Positions 10,536-19,568 of a stretch of 64,000 nucleotides of DNA are shown piece after piece (positions within the stretch are counted from its first letter, which is position 1; every line of letters begins with the position of its first letter). A model generated the notes under the pieces. The model had not been told where the DNA came from. It saw only the letters and a list, made by a program, of their open reading frames with translations, and searched no databases. Location: contig CAWDOD010000002.1 in the NCBI GenBank assembly GCA_963803805.1, forward strand, positions 1-64,000, given 5' to 3'. This DNA comes from an uncultured cyanobacterium (GTDB lineage: Bacteria > Cyanobacteriota > Cyanobacteriia > Cyanobacteriales > CAWCAG01). The translations under genes and the position numbers were made by a program.

Positions 10536-10666
10536 TAAGAGAGAGCAAAGAAAAGACTTATCCAAAAGCGATAAGCTAATAGCTAGTCGCTAGTTGCTAG
10601 TCGCTAGTTGCTAGTTGCTAAAATCTTGTACTTGGTGAGGATATTTTATTTATTGGAGTTCTCTAA
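10536..10666. mobile_element. MITE-like dispersed repeat, copy 1
   Basis: Near-identical to 62784-62886; imperfect inverted termini; internal GCTAGT(T/C) heptamer run. Confidence 0.8.
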
Positions 10667-10694
10667 GTAATCTGCTCATAGCTATCTGTTGGAA

Positions 10695-11093
10695 TTATTG
10701 AGGAATCCACAGGCGCAAGTCATTGACAAATACCTCAGCATCTTTTCCTCGTAAAGCAAGCTGTAAAAGGGGAGCATCTCAAATTGGTAAATACAGGCTT
10801 TAGCCGTCAACTTGATATTAGCTTCACTGAAGCAGCAAGAAATGTATTCTTAAAGCTAACAGCTAATAGCTAATAGCTAACTTCACAGACAAACTATTTC
10901 TGCAAAACTGAGATGCTCCCTGTAAAAGTGTACAAATATTGCGTGTAATCCGGTTGTGGTTAATAGTCCCCCCTGTCATTGGTACAATTTCTCCGTCACG
11001 ATATTCACTCCTGAACTCTGCTGTTTCTTCTTGACTACGATACTCTTCTAAGGTGAAGGATTTTTGTTGTTTTGAGATTAATGTTGTGGTCAT
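10695..11093 (-). pseudogene. Uma2-family (PDDEXK) endonuclease, MITE-interrupted and truncated
   Basis: FTLEEY..EYRDGEIVPMTGGTINHNRI..ICTLLQ | insertion | LALRGKDAEVFVNDLRLWIPQ*. Confidence 0.85.
10770..10920. mobile_element. 151-bp MITE with 12-bp perfect TIR and 8-bp target-site duplication
   Basis: TIR GGGAGCATCTCA...TGAGATGCTCCC; TGTAAAAG duplicated at 10762-10769 and 10921-10928. Confidence 0.92.
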
Positions 11094-11226
11094 AAGCTGT
11101 CAGGTACTTATATTTACTTATGGGGAGACTCGGTGATGGGGAAGTAATTAAGTAACAAGCAAAGAATATACTATTCCCTGTTCCCTAATTAAATAATATG
11201 TCGTTTAAATCCCCATTAGCCAACAA

Positions 11227-12182
11227 ATGAGTGACAACACAATTGAAATTGCCGGAGTAGCGATCGCCCCAGGAAAACGCCATCGCTTAGAAATTCCCGT
11301 AGCCAATTTGCCTACTCAAACAATGCTTTCTCTCCCGGTTAATGTCATTAATGGCGAACAACAGGGCCCAAACTTTGGTTAAGTGCTGCAATTCATGGCG
11401 ATGAAATTAATGGTGTGGAAATTATTCGCCAAATCGTAGCCAAGGTAGAACCACAAAAACTACGGGGAACTATTATTGCTGTACCTATTGTTAATGTGTT
11501 TGGTTTCATTGAACAGTCTCGCTACCTTCCTGATCGCCGGGACTTAAATCGTTCCTTCCCCGGTTCCACTACAGGTTCATTAGCAGCACGTTTAGCTAAT
11601 CTATTCATGGAGCAAATTGTTAGTTGTTCCACCCACGGTATAGACTTACATACCGCCTCTTCCGCCCGCACTAATTTACCGCAAATCCGTGCCAACTTAG
11701 AAGATGAGCAAACCTATCAAGTTGCTAAAGCTTTCGGCGCACCTATTATAATGCACGCCACAACCCGCGACGGTTCCTTGCGCCAAGCTGCCACTAAACG
11801 CGGTATTCCTGTTCTACTCTACGAAGCTGGGGAAGCCTTAAGGTTTGATACTGAAGCAATTCGCATCGGCGTAGAAGGGATCATGGGAGTAATGAATTTC
11901 CTACAAATGTATTCTTACCCCTCGTCAACAAATCTCAAAAACTCTTTAGAAGTAGAAAATAGTAAGTGGGTACGCGCTTCTAGGAGTGGTATTTTTCATT
12001 TAGAAGTGGAGTTAGGGGAAAAAGTTGAGAAAAGGCAAAAGTTAGGTTCAATTTTTGATGCTTTCGGGGAAAATCAAACCAAAGTCAGTGCCAGTTGTGA
12101 TGGCATAGTTATTGGTCATACCCAAAATCCTTTGGTTAATCAAGGAGATGGTATTGTGCATCTAGCAATTTTAGAGAAATAG
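11227..12182 (+). CDS. Succinylglutamate desuccinylase/aspartoacylase (M14) family peptidase, one-base frameshift near 11364-11372
   Basis: ATG at 11227 gives MSDNTIEIAGVAIAPGKRHRLEIPV..GEQQGP; the shifted frame continues KLWLSAAIHGDEING, DLNRSFPG, GIDLHT, YEAGE. Confidence 0.88.
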
Positions 12183-12454
12183 ATTTTGTTACATAAATTT
12201 ATCTTTGCCGATTTTGCATAAAAACCTTGCTCTAGGAACGAATAAATAAATAGCAGGGTTAAACAAACCTTGCCCAAACAAGTTTTCACTTATCCCCAAA
12301 TTAAATAAAACAGATAAGTTGCTGAGGGTGTTTGCACCTTAGTTTGTCGTGCAAACTATTTCTCTGGCTTTGCTGAATTGAAAACCCAGATGGCAATAAA
12401 GTCTGCGGGGGAATTTGAGCTGTTTTTTTACTAACACATTCAAAATCAAAAATC

Positions 12455-13447
12455 ATGGCCATGAAATCAATTTCTTCTTCTGTAGTTCGTAAATTATTCT
12501 CTCTAGGAGTTGCAGCCGTCACAACCTTAGCGATCGCCCCCAATACCTTAGCTGCTGGTTTTGCTGACTTTTTGTTTGTGGTTGACGAGTCTGAATCAAT
12601 GAAAACTGAACACGACTGGCTAACCACAATGATTAGTGATTTAGAAACTGCTTTACAGAGCAAAGGTTTGGGTACTGGCACAGAAGCTAATCGTTTCGGT
12701 TTAGTGGGTTTTGGTAGTTCTAGAGATTATGCCAATGCTCCCTTTGCCCGTACTTTTGATATGGATTTGGATACTGCTGGAGTACAATCTTTTGGTTCAG
12801 CTAATCTGTTTTCTAGTGCGGTAGCTCAACTTAATACAATTGGATTTTATGAAGATGGTTATGAGGCTATTGATTTTGCTTTAAATGAGTATTCTTTTCG
12901 TCAAGATGCGGCCGTTAATATAGTGTTAGTTACTGATGAAGATCGCGATGGCACTAGGCAAGGTTCTAAACCGTTCAACTTTAACAACACTCTTGCTGCC
13001 CTGCAAGGGAAAAATGCTTTACTCAATGCTGTTGTTAACAATACTTTAAGGGATGGCGATGGTAATAGAGCGGTGGGAGTTGATTCTCAAGGTAACGCCT
13101 TTATAGCTGATGGTAATGGTGGCTTTACTACTACTGCTAATGGTAATGCTGCTAGGAGTGGAACCAAAACTGACTATATTGATTTAGCTTGGGCTACTGG
13201 TAATAGTAAAATCGGTGGTGCAGCTTGGGATTTGAACATTCTACGTAATGGTGGAGATTCGGCAACTTCTTTTACTAAAGCATTTGTTGAGGTCAAATCT
13301 GAAGAGGCACTGAAGCAAAATCCTGGGGGAGGAAATAATCAAGAAGTTCCGGAACCAGCTTCAATCCTAGGTTTACTGGTTGTTGGTAGTGTAAGCATAG
13401 CAACATCTAAGAAACATCGACGTATTGCGGATTCTGCTCAATCTTAA
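12455..13447 (+). CDS. PEP-CTERM surface protein with VWA domain
   Basis: Signal peptide, MIDAS motif FVVDESESM, VLVTDED; C-terminal VPEP + TM helix + KKHRR. Confidence 0.88.
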   Translation: MAMKSISSSVVRKLFSLGVAAVTTLAIAPNTLAAGFADFLFVVDESESMKTEHDWLTTMISDLETALQSKGLGTGTEANRFGLVGFGSSRDYANAPFARTFDMDLDTAGVQSFGSANLFSSAVAQLNTIGFYEDGYEAIDFALNEYSFRQDAAVNIVLVTDEDRDGTRQGSKPFNFNNTLAALQGKNALLNAVVNNTLRDGDGNRAVGVDSQGNAFIADGNGGFTTTANGNAARSGTKTDYIDLAWATGNSKIGGAAWDLNILRNGGDSATSFTKAFVEVKSEEALKQNPGGGNNQEVPEPASILGLLVVGSVSIATSKKHRRIADSAQS

Positions 13448-13709
13448 GCTTATAATATGTTTAATTACTGTTGAGAGGAAATTTAGTAATAGAAAAAGCT
13501 CTAGAGTAAAAACTCCAGAGCTTAACCAGGGTGCATCTACCAATTCTTTATTACCTCCAGTGATAATACATATCCGGATATAATTCTTCGACAGTTGATT
13601 GCGAGTATATAACTTATACAAAAAACATCTTAAAGCAAACACTATCTCGAACGTGATCGCGAATCTGAGGATCAGAAAATAGTTTCAACACCAACTTAAG
13701 CTTAAGATT

Positions 13710-14222
13710 ATGAACCAATCAACCCTTGTTAGAGAAACGAGCATACCAAACAGTCTTCCTAATTTGCTTCCTTATGCTCTCGCTATCCACCTCCAAGGAG
13801 CTAATCTTTTAGCCGCTAATTTGGTGGCGGCGGATCTAGTTGCAGCTAACCTGATGGGAGCAAATTTAGTTGGGGCAGATCTAACTAGGGCAGAATTAAT
13901 GGTGGCAAATTTACAACAAGCTGATTTGCAACAAGCCGATCTTAAAGGAGCTAACTTAATAGGAGCCGACCTTACTGGAGCTAACTTAAATGGTAGTATT
14001 TTGGTAGGTGCTAAACTCATTGGTGCTGAATTAGCTGGGGCTGATTTGAGGGGAGCTGATTTGAGAGGAGTTGATTTTACTAGCACTGATCTTCTCAAGG
14101 CTAAAGTAGAAAGGGCGCGTTTTCGCATCAACATAGGTATTTGTGCCACAACCAAACAAAAGCTTCAAGAAAAAGGGGCGATTTTCGAGGAATCTGACTT
14201 TCTTTCAGCAAAAGTTATTTAA
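13710..14222 (+). CDS. Pentapeptide repeat protein
   Basis: A(N/D)Lxx repeats. Confidence 0.9.
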   Translation: MNQSTLVRETSIPNSLPNLLPYALAIHLQGANLLAANLVAADLVAANLMGANLVGADLTRAELMVANLQQADLQQADLKGANLIGADLTGANLNGSILVGAKLIGAELAGADLRGADLRGVDFTSTDLLKAKVERARFRINIGICATTKQKLQEKGAIFEESDFLSAKVI

Positions 14223-14332
14223 CAAAGCTAGTTCAAAATTAAAACTCCTAAAATTAAGTAATTAAAAACACTAAAGTTAAATAAAATGTAACGATAATTC
14301 TTATATCAACCTAATTTAATTAGGAGTTAATT

Positions 14333-15607
14333 TTGAGTCCAAGCAATCTCCTGGAAAATCCCCTCCAGGTTCCATCAGGGGACAATAATCAGTCATCTTT
14401 CAATTTAGAACAGTTCGATGCCCATGTGATGGGAACCTACGGACGTTTTCCCATCGCCCTAGAAAAAGGTGAAGGTTGTCGCGTTTGGGATACTGAAGGT
14501 AAAGCCTATTTAGATTTTGTCGCTGGTATTGCTACTTGTACTTTAGGCCACTCCCATCCTGCCTTAATTGAAGCTGTTACTCAACAAATCCAGAAGTTAC
14601 ACCACGTTTCCAATCTCTACTATATTCCTGAACAAGGACAATTAGCTCAGTGGATTGTAGAACGTTCCTGTGCTGATAAGGTTTTTTTCTGCAACTCTGG
14701 GGCAGAAGCTAACGAAGCAGCAATTAAATTAGCCCGCAAGTACGCCCACCAAGTTTTAGAAATTGATCAGCCTGTTATTTTAACAGCTAAAGCCAGCTTT
14801 CATGGTCGCACCTTAGCTACTATTACCGCTACAGGACAACCAAAGTATCAAAAGAATTTCCATCCCCTGGTAGATGGTTTTGAGTATGTCCCTTACAATG
14901 ATATTGCTGCCCTCGAAAATGCCATCTCAGACATTGATGAAGGCAATCGTCGTGTAGCGGCGATTATGCTAGAACCTTTGCAAGGGGAAGGTGGAGTTCG
15001 TCCAGGGGAGTTAGAGTACTTCTTACGTATTAGCCAAATTTGTCAAGAAAACGGTATTCTCCTGATCTTAGATGAAGTACAGGTAGGAATGGGACGAACT
15101 GGCAAGTTATGGGGATATGAAAATGTCGGTATTGAACCAGATGTTTTTACCAGTGCGAAAGGATTAGCTGGAGGAATTCCCATTGGAGCGATGATGTGCA
15201 AAGAATCCTGTGCTGTTTTCCAACCGGGAGATCATGCTAGTACTTTTGGGGGGAATCCCTTTGCCTGTGCTGCGGCGATCGCTGTCGGTCAAACTTTGGA
15301 ACAAGAGGATATTTTACAAAATGTCCAAGCCAGAGGAGAACAGTTAAGGACTAGGTTAAGAGCGATCACTTTGCAATATCCCAACTTGTTTGCTGAGGTT
15401 AGGGGCTGGGGCTTAATTAATGGTCTAGTGTTGCAAGAAGAAGTTGAATTAACTTCTCTTGATCTTGTCAAAGCCGCTCTAGAGGCAGGACTTTTAATTG
15501 CCCCAGCCGGACCTAAAGTTTTGCGCTTCGTCCCCCCTTTAATTGTTTCTGCTCAAGAGGTAGATGAAGCAACAGACATACTGGAAGGAGTATTGACAAA
15601 AATTTAG
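14333..15607 (+). CDS. argD: Acetylornithine aminotransferase (class III PLP)
   Basis: FFCNSGAEANEAAIK, SFHGRT, DEVQVG, SAKGLAGG, HASTFGGNP. Confidence 0.92.
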   Translation: MSPSNLLENPLQVPSGDNNQSSFNLEQFDAHVMGTYGRFPIALEKGEGCRVWDTEGKAYLDFVAGIATCTLGHSHPALIEAVTQQIQKLHHVSNLYYIPEQGQLAQWIVERSCADKVFFCNSGAEANEAAIKLARKYAHQVLEIDQPVILTAKASFHGRTLATITATGQPKYQKNFHPLVDGFEYVPYNDIAALENAISDIDEGNRRVAAIMLEPLQGEGGVRPGELEYFLRISQICQENGILLILDEVQVGMGRTGKLWGYENVGIEPDVFTSAKGLAGGIPIGAMMCKESCAVFQPGDHASTFGGNPFACAAAIAVGQTLEQEDILQNVQARGEQLRTRLRAITLQYPNLFAEVRGWGLINGLVLQEEVELTSLDLVKAALEAGLLIAPAGPKVLRFVPPLIVSAQEVDEATDILEGVLTKI

Positions 15608-15644
15608 TTAGGTATTGGGCTTTTGTAGGGGCATGAAGTTGTCC

Positions 15645-15920
15645 CTACTCCCGCAACCAATCCCCACAATGTTTGGCGTAGTAACTTAAAATCTCTTCAA
15701 CCCTTTCTTGATTGCCAGCCAGAAAATCTTCTGTATAAATAAGCAATAAACCTTCAATTTGACTTTGATTATAATCAAACTGGGAAGAAGTTTGGGGAAT
15801 CAATTTGGTTTGTATTCCTTGAACCTGTTGCAAGTGGGCAGCGATTTCCCGGTATTTAGTTAAAGGTAATTCGGGGCAACTAATTTTTTCTAGTTGCTTA
15901 GTAGGAGTTGTTTGAGACAC
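15645..15920 (-). CDS. Hypothetical cyanobacterial protein
   Basis: 91 aa, GTG start with GGAGG upstream; YREIAAHLQQV..FDYNQSQI. Confidence 0.75.
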   Translation of the reverse strand: MSQTTPTKQLEKISCPELPLTKYREIAAHLQQVQGIQTKLIPQTSSQFDYNQSQIEGLLLIYTEDFLAGNQERVEEILSYYAKHCGDWLRE

Positions 15921-15943
15921 AGAATCAATCCTCCAATGCTAGT

Positions 15944-16825
15944 TTAACCAGAAGTATTCGTAGACTCACCTTGTGCTGTCACAGGCTTCTCGCCAACTCG
16001 CCTAGTTACTTCAACCCCTACTTGTTCTAAAACAACTGCGGGTTGCGGCCCACTTTTCATTTCAATACGCTTAACCAAAACTTGTCCGTTAGCTAAATAA
16101 TCTCCAACTTTGACATAGCGCTGAAATTCACTATCTGGTTCCTTAACAATCGCTTGGGGAACCCCCCCTGCTTGAATAACTCCAGTAATTTCTATAGCCT
16201 TTGCTAAGGTGGGTTGAGGTGGTGGCGGTAGTTCGGGAATAGGTAAAGGAGGTCTGTTGAGGGAAGGCTCTCTAATGGTTGCCTGGGGTTTAGTGGTATT
16301 AGTATTGCCACTACCACTGTTGTTGGAGGTAGTCCTATCAGGGCTAGTCGGACGAGGAATAATATTAATGTTACGAGGATTAGTTTTGGAAGTAGCTTTG
16401 TTACTATTATTTCCTGAACCTGTGTTACCAGTATTGCTATTACCTCGGTTCACAGGAGGAATAGAACCCACAGGAGGTACAGAAGAACCCGTTTTGCCAG
16501 GAATGGGAGAAACTTTAACCACCGGTTCTATGGAGATAGTATCAAAAGGATCGGTGCGCCCTTTTTGAATCTGTCTTACCCTTTCAGCAGAAGAAGTAGA
16601 TTGGATTAGCCCCGTTGCTGGTACTGCTTTGGGTTGTTTGGGGTCAACTTTGCCATCTACTGGTTTTATGGCTACTTCTGGCTTTGCTTCAGGGTTAGCA
16701 GCTTGTTCTGGAGAAGCTGGGGCAACAACTTCCTCATCCCCTCCCCCTATAAAGGGCAGATTAGAACATCCCCCGGTTAAAATAGCGAATGTTGAGAGTA
16801 ATGCGACTAAAGAAGCTTTTTTCAT
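15944..16825 (-). CDS. Lipoprotein with Pro/Asn-rich linker and PilP/GspC-like C-terminal domain
   Basis: Lipobox LTGGC, GRTDPF, ITGVIQAGGVPQAIVKEP..RYVKVGDYLANGQVLVKRI. Confidence 0.7.
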   Translation of the reverse strand: MKKASLVALLSTFAILTGGCSNLPFIGGGDEEVVAPASPEQAANPEAKPEVAIKPVDGKVDPKQPKAVPATGLIQSTSSAERVRQIQKGRTDPFDTISIEPVVKVSPIPGKTGSSVPPVGSIPPVNRGNSNTGNTGSGNNSNKATSKTNPRNINIIPRPTSPDRTTSNNSGSGNTNTTKPQATIREPSLNRPPLPIPELPPPPQPTLAKAIEITGVIQAGGVPQAIVKEPDSEFQRYVKVGDYLANGQVLVKRIEMKSGPQPAVVLEQVGVEVTRRVGEKPVTAQGESTNTSG

Positions 16826-16937
16826 AACTATTTCCCTGAGCTTAAGCAGAAGGCGAATAAAAAATTAGTAATTTTAAGTTATATCTTGATGTTTCTATAT
16901 TAGCTTTCTTAAGCTCTTCTTTATAGAAAATATTTCT

Positions 16938-17714
16938 TTAATCTTCCCCCTTAAGCATGAGTTTTTTTAATAAGTTCAGACCTTTTTTGACGCGGCGAGA
17001 TACGGTTACCACACTAATTCCCAAAATTTCTGCTACTTCTTTTTGAGTTAAGTCATGAAGAAAAACGAACTCTAAGACATCTCTAGTTCGCTTTTCGATT
17101 TGAACCAAACCTTGTTGGAGGCGAAGGCGATCCTCTTGGGCTAACTGGAAACTACGATATTTTTGATCTGGAACGAGATCCCCTAAACTAATACAGCCTT
17201 CTTCTTCATTACCCACAGGTAAATCTAAGCTTAAGGGTTCGCGATTTTGATAAGCAAGTTTAATATCTTGCCATTCTACTAAGGATATATCTAATTCTGC
17301 GGCGATTTCTGCATCTTGGGGCTGACGATTCAACTTTTCTCGCAATCTACGAGTTACTCCCACCGCTTGCTGGCGCAATTCTAGCCAACGCCGGGGAATG
17401 CGAACAGAACAACCTTTGTCCCTTAAATAATGTTGAATTTCTCCCCTAATATGGGGAATGGCAAAGGAGCTAAAAGCATTGCCTTTATCTACATCAAATC
17501 TCTCAATGGATCTAATTAAACCCAAACTACCAACTTGAAGTAAATCGTCATAGCTTTCGCTACACTGATTAACCCAATGATGAGCTTCTTTCCTAACTAG
17601 CCCAAAATTTAGTTTGACTATTTGATTACGCAGTTCGGCATCCTGAGATAATTTGTATGCCCGCAGTAATTCCAAACTTTCTTGCTTAAGTTCTGGGGAT
17701 ACTTGAGTAGACAT
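16938..17714 (-). CDS. sigF: Group 3 sigma factor SigF (psbO-linked)
   Basis: LNFGLVRKEAHHW, DDLLQVGSLGL, FSSFAIPHIRGEIQHYLRDK, region 4 LTQKEVAEILGISVVTVSRR. Confidence 0.85.
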   Translation of the reverse strand: MSTQVSPELKQESLELLRAYKLSQDAELRNQIVKLNFGLVRKEAHHWVNQCSESYDDLLQVGSLGLIRSIERFDVDKGNAFSSFAIPHIRGEIQHYLRDKGCSVRIPRRWLELRQQAVGVTRRLREKLNRQPQDAEIAAELDISLVEWQDIKLAYQNREPLSLDLPVGNEEEGCISLGDLVPDQKYRSFQLAQEDRLRLQQGLVQIEKRTRDVLEFVFLHDLTQKEVAEILGISVVTVSRRVKKGLNLLKKLMLKGED

Positions 17715-17869
17715 GGCGAGTTTAATCTTAATGTTTGTAGAAGCACATCATAGTTTAGATGCTTAGATACTAACTTTCTACCCCACCAGTAAGTCAATAC
17801 GTCTTTTAGTTGATAGTGGTAGTTAGTTGGTTTGTTTCTACTATGCTAATCAATGTTTTGTGAAATTCC

Positions 17870-17930
17870 AAAAAAAAAGCCTGCCCCAGATTTCTCATCA
17901 AAAATATAGTTTGAGAAAATTAAGAGCAGG
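17870..17930 (-). terminator. Long hairpin plus U-tract downstream of psbO
   Basis: Minus strand CCTGCTCT..TTTTCTCA-loop-TGAGAAA..GGGGCAGG-C-T9. Confidence 0.6.
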
Positions 17931-18088
17931 ATGAAAATTTTTCCTAAAAAATCTAGGCAATGGGCAATTTGTTATGGCTGTAATGAGTAATTTAGCTTTT
18001 ATTTAGCAAAATATTATTTCTCAAAACCCCTAAGAGTATAAGGGTTAAAAAAAGTTGCCCACAGCCCAAAAGGTAAAACCAAAGAGTA

Positions 18089-18919
18089 TTAAACTTCAGT
18101 ATCTATTCGGCCGTAGAAAATCCCGCGAACCTTTACCAGTTCAGGTTCTTCAGCACCTAAATCGGTGGCAGAAGTTTGTTCACTGACAAAAGTTCCCGCA
18201 ACTTCCCCAGTTTCGCCATCAAGATTAGAAATTTGTAAAGACATTTTGCCTTTACCACTATCAAGCTGTTTGACGTTAGCACGGGTTAGTTCTTCATTAT
18301 CGGCTTGAGAAGGAAGAGCAACAGCATTATCATAACCACTGGCTACACCACGACCTTTAGGATCTAGGAAGACAGCACCTCGGTAAGAAGGAACATCAAA
18401 TGTTCCCCTCAAGTCTGTAGAGGTATTGATTCTGTCTATGCCAGCGTCACTTTTAGCAATTAAGTTTTTCATGGTAAACAAGAAAGGAACTTGTTCGCCC
18501 CCAGGAAGCAATACGGTAATTGCTTGGAAGTCTATACCATCTTTTTCTGTAAAAGTTAATACTCCATTTTCATCAAAAGTAAGATCCCCACTAACTTGAT
18601 CGAGGGTAGTTGTATCTCTGGTGAGAACTTTCCCTGCCACAAATTCTGCTTCTTGACGCTTATTAGTAGGTTCTTCCAAAACGTAGTAATCAGTGGGTTG
18701 TAGACATAGTTCCACAAAGCGATAGGCTTTGCTTTTGTCTACAGGAATATAGCCACGACTGGTTGTTGACAACTGAGGACAGGTGTTGGCAATACCAGTG
18801 TTAACTATTTGCTCGTAAGTTAACGAGCTTCTATCAAGGTCTTCAGGGTTTCCACTACAGGCTGTTAAAAAACCTAAGCACAAAGCCACAAAAACCGCAA
18901 TAAATGTGCGATACCTCAT
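18089..18919 (-). CDS. psbO: Photosystem II manganese-stabilising protein
   Basis: TGIANTCP, EKDGIDFQAITV, VPSYRGAVFLDPKGRG, GYDNAVALP; lipobox-like LTAC. Confidence 0.97.
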   Translation of the reverse strand: MRYRTFIAVFVALCLGFLTACSGNPEDLDRSSLTYEQIVNTGIANTCPQLSTTSRGYIPVDKSKAYRFVELCLQPTDYYVLEEPTNKRQEAEFVAGKVLTRDTTTLDQVSGDLTFDENGVLTFTEKDGIDFQAITVLLPGGEQVPFLFTMKNLIAKSDAGIDRINTSTDLRGTFDVPSYRGAVFLDPKGRGVASGYDNAVALPSQADNEELTRANVKQLDSGKGKMSLQISNLDGETGEVAGTFVSEQTSATDLGAEEPELVKVRGIFYGRIDTEV

Positions 18920-19159
18920 AGTCAACCTCAATTCATTAGTCTCGTGATGCGGTATGCCCCTAGCTAAACTGGTATTAAGCAGCTTGAGCTAAAAGCAAAG
19001 CAATCATTAAAATGTAAATTTATGGAGTTTATAGTTAACTCCACTAAATATGCTATTGGGGTCTACTATACCAAGTAGAGGCGACGCTTCTAGCAAACTT
19101 ACTTTAGTTGCATAATAAAATTTGTCCACCTCACAAGGATCTTCTGCGAGCCTAATTGA

Positions 19160-19498
19160 ATGAACCGCGATAGAAAAGCATTAGACTTCAGTCATTTACC
19201 GAAACAACAGCAAGAAATTGTAGATCTGACTTGGGCTTTGGCAAGACAACACCAGGAAGACAGTTATAATTTATTATCCTTGTTAAGAACTTTGGAGCTT
19301 TTGCATAGGGAAATTCGCGAAGAATTGTTTCAACCCTCCCTCCCTGATAATCGCCAAAAACTTTACCATCTTGTTAAGGATATTGAAGAAACTGGGGGTT
19401 GGCCTTACATCGAACGGATGCGACTTAAGGTTTTGTTGACTAACTGGTTAGAAACTTTTGCTGAGGAAGAAGAAGAGGAAGAGGAAGAGAAAGTTTGA
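19160..19498 (+). CDS. Hypothetical cyanobacterial protein
   Basis: LLSLLRTLELLHREI..LPDNRQKLY..DIEETGGWPYIERM; acidic tail. Confidence 0.8.
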   Translation: MNRDRKALDFSHLPKQQQEIVDLTWALARQHQEDSYNLLSLLRTLELLHREIREELFQPSLPDNRQKLYHLVKDIEETGGWPYIERMRLKVLLTNWLETFAEEEEEEEEEKV

Positions 19499-19568
19499 AC
19501 AAGTAGTTATCAATCACCAGGTATAAAAGCTAAGATGCTAGATGCCCATTACTAATTACTAAATCTTC

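Noticed and set aside
19160..19498. Poly-Glu tail as a RimK substrate
   Set aside because: The protein ends in KV rather than a free C-terminal Glu-Glu, and is not linked to rimK.
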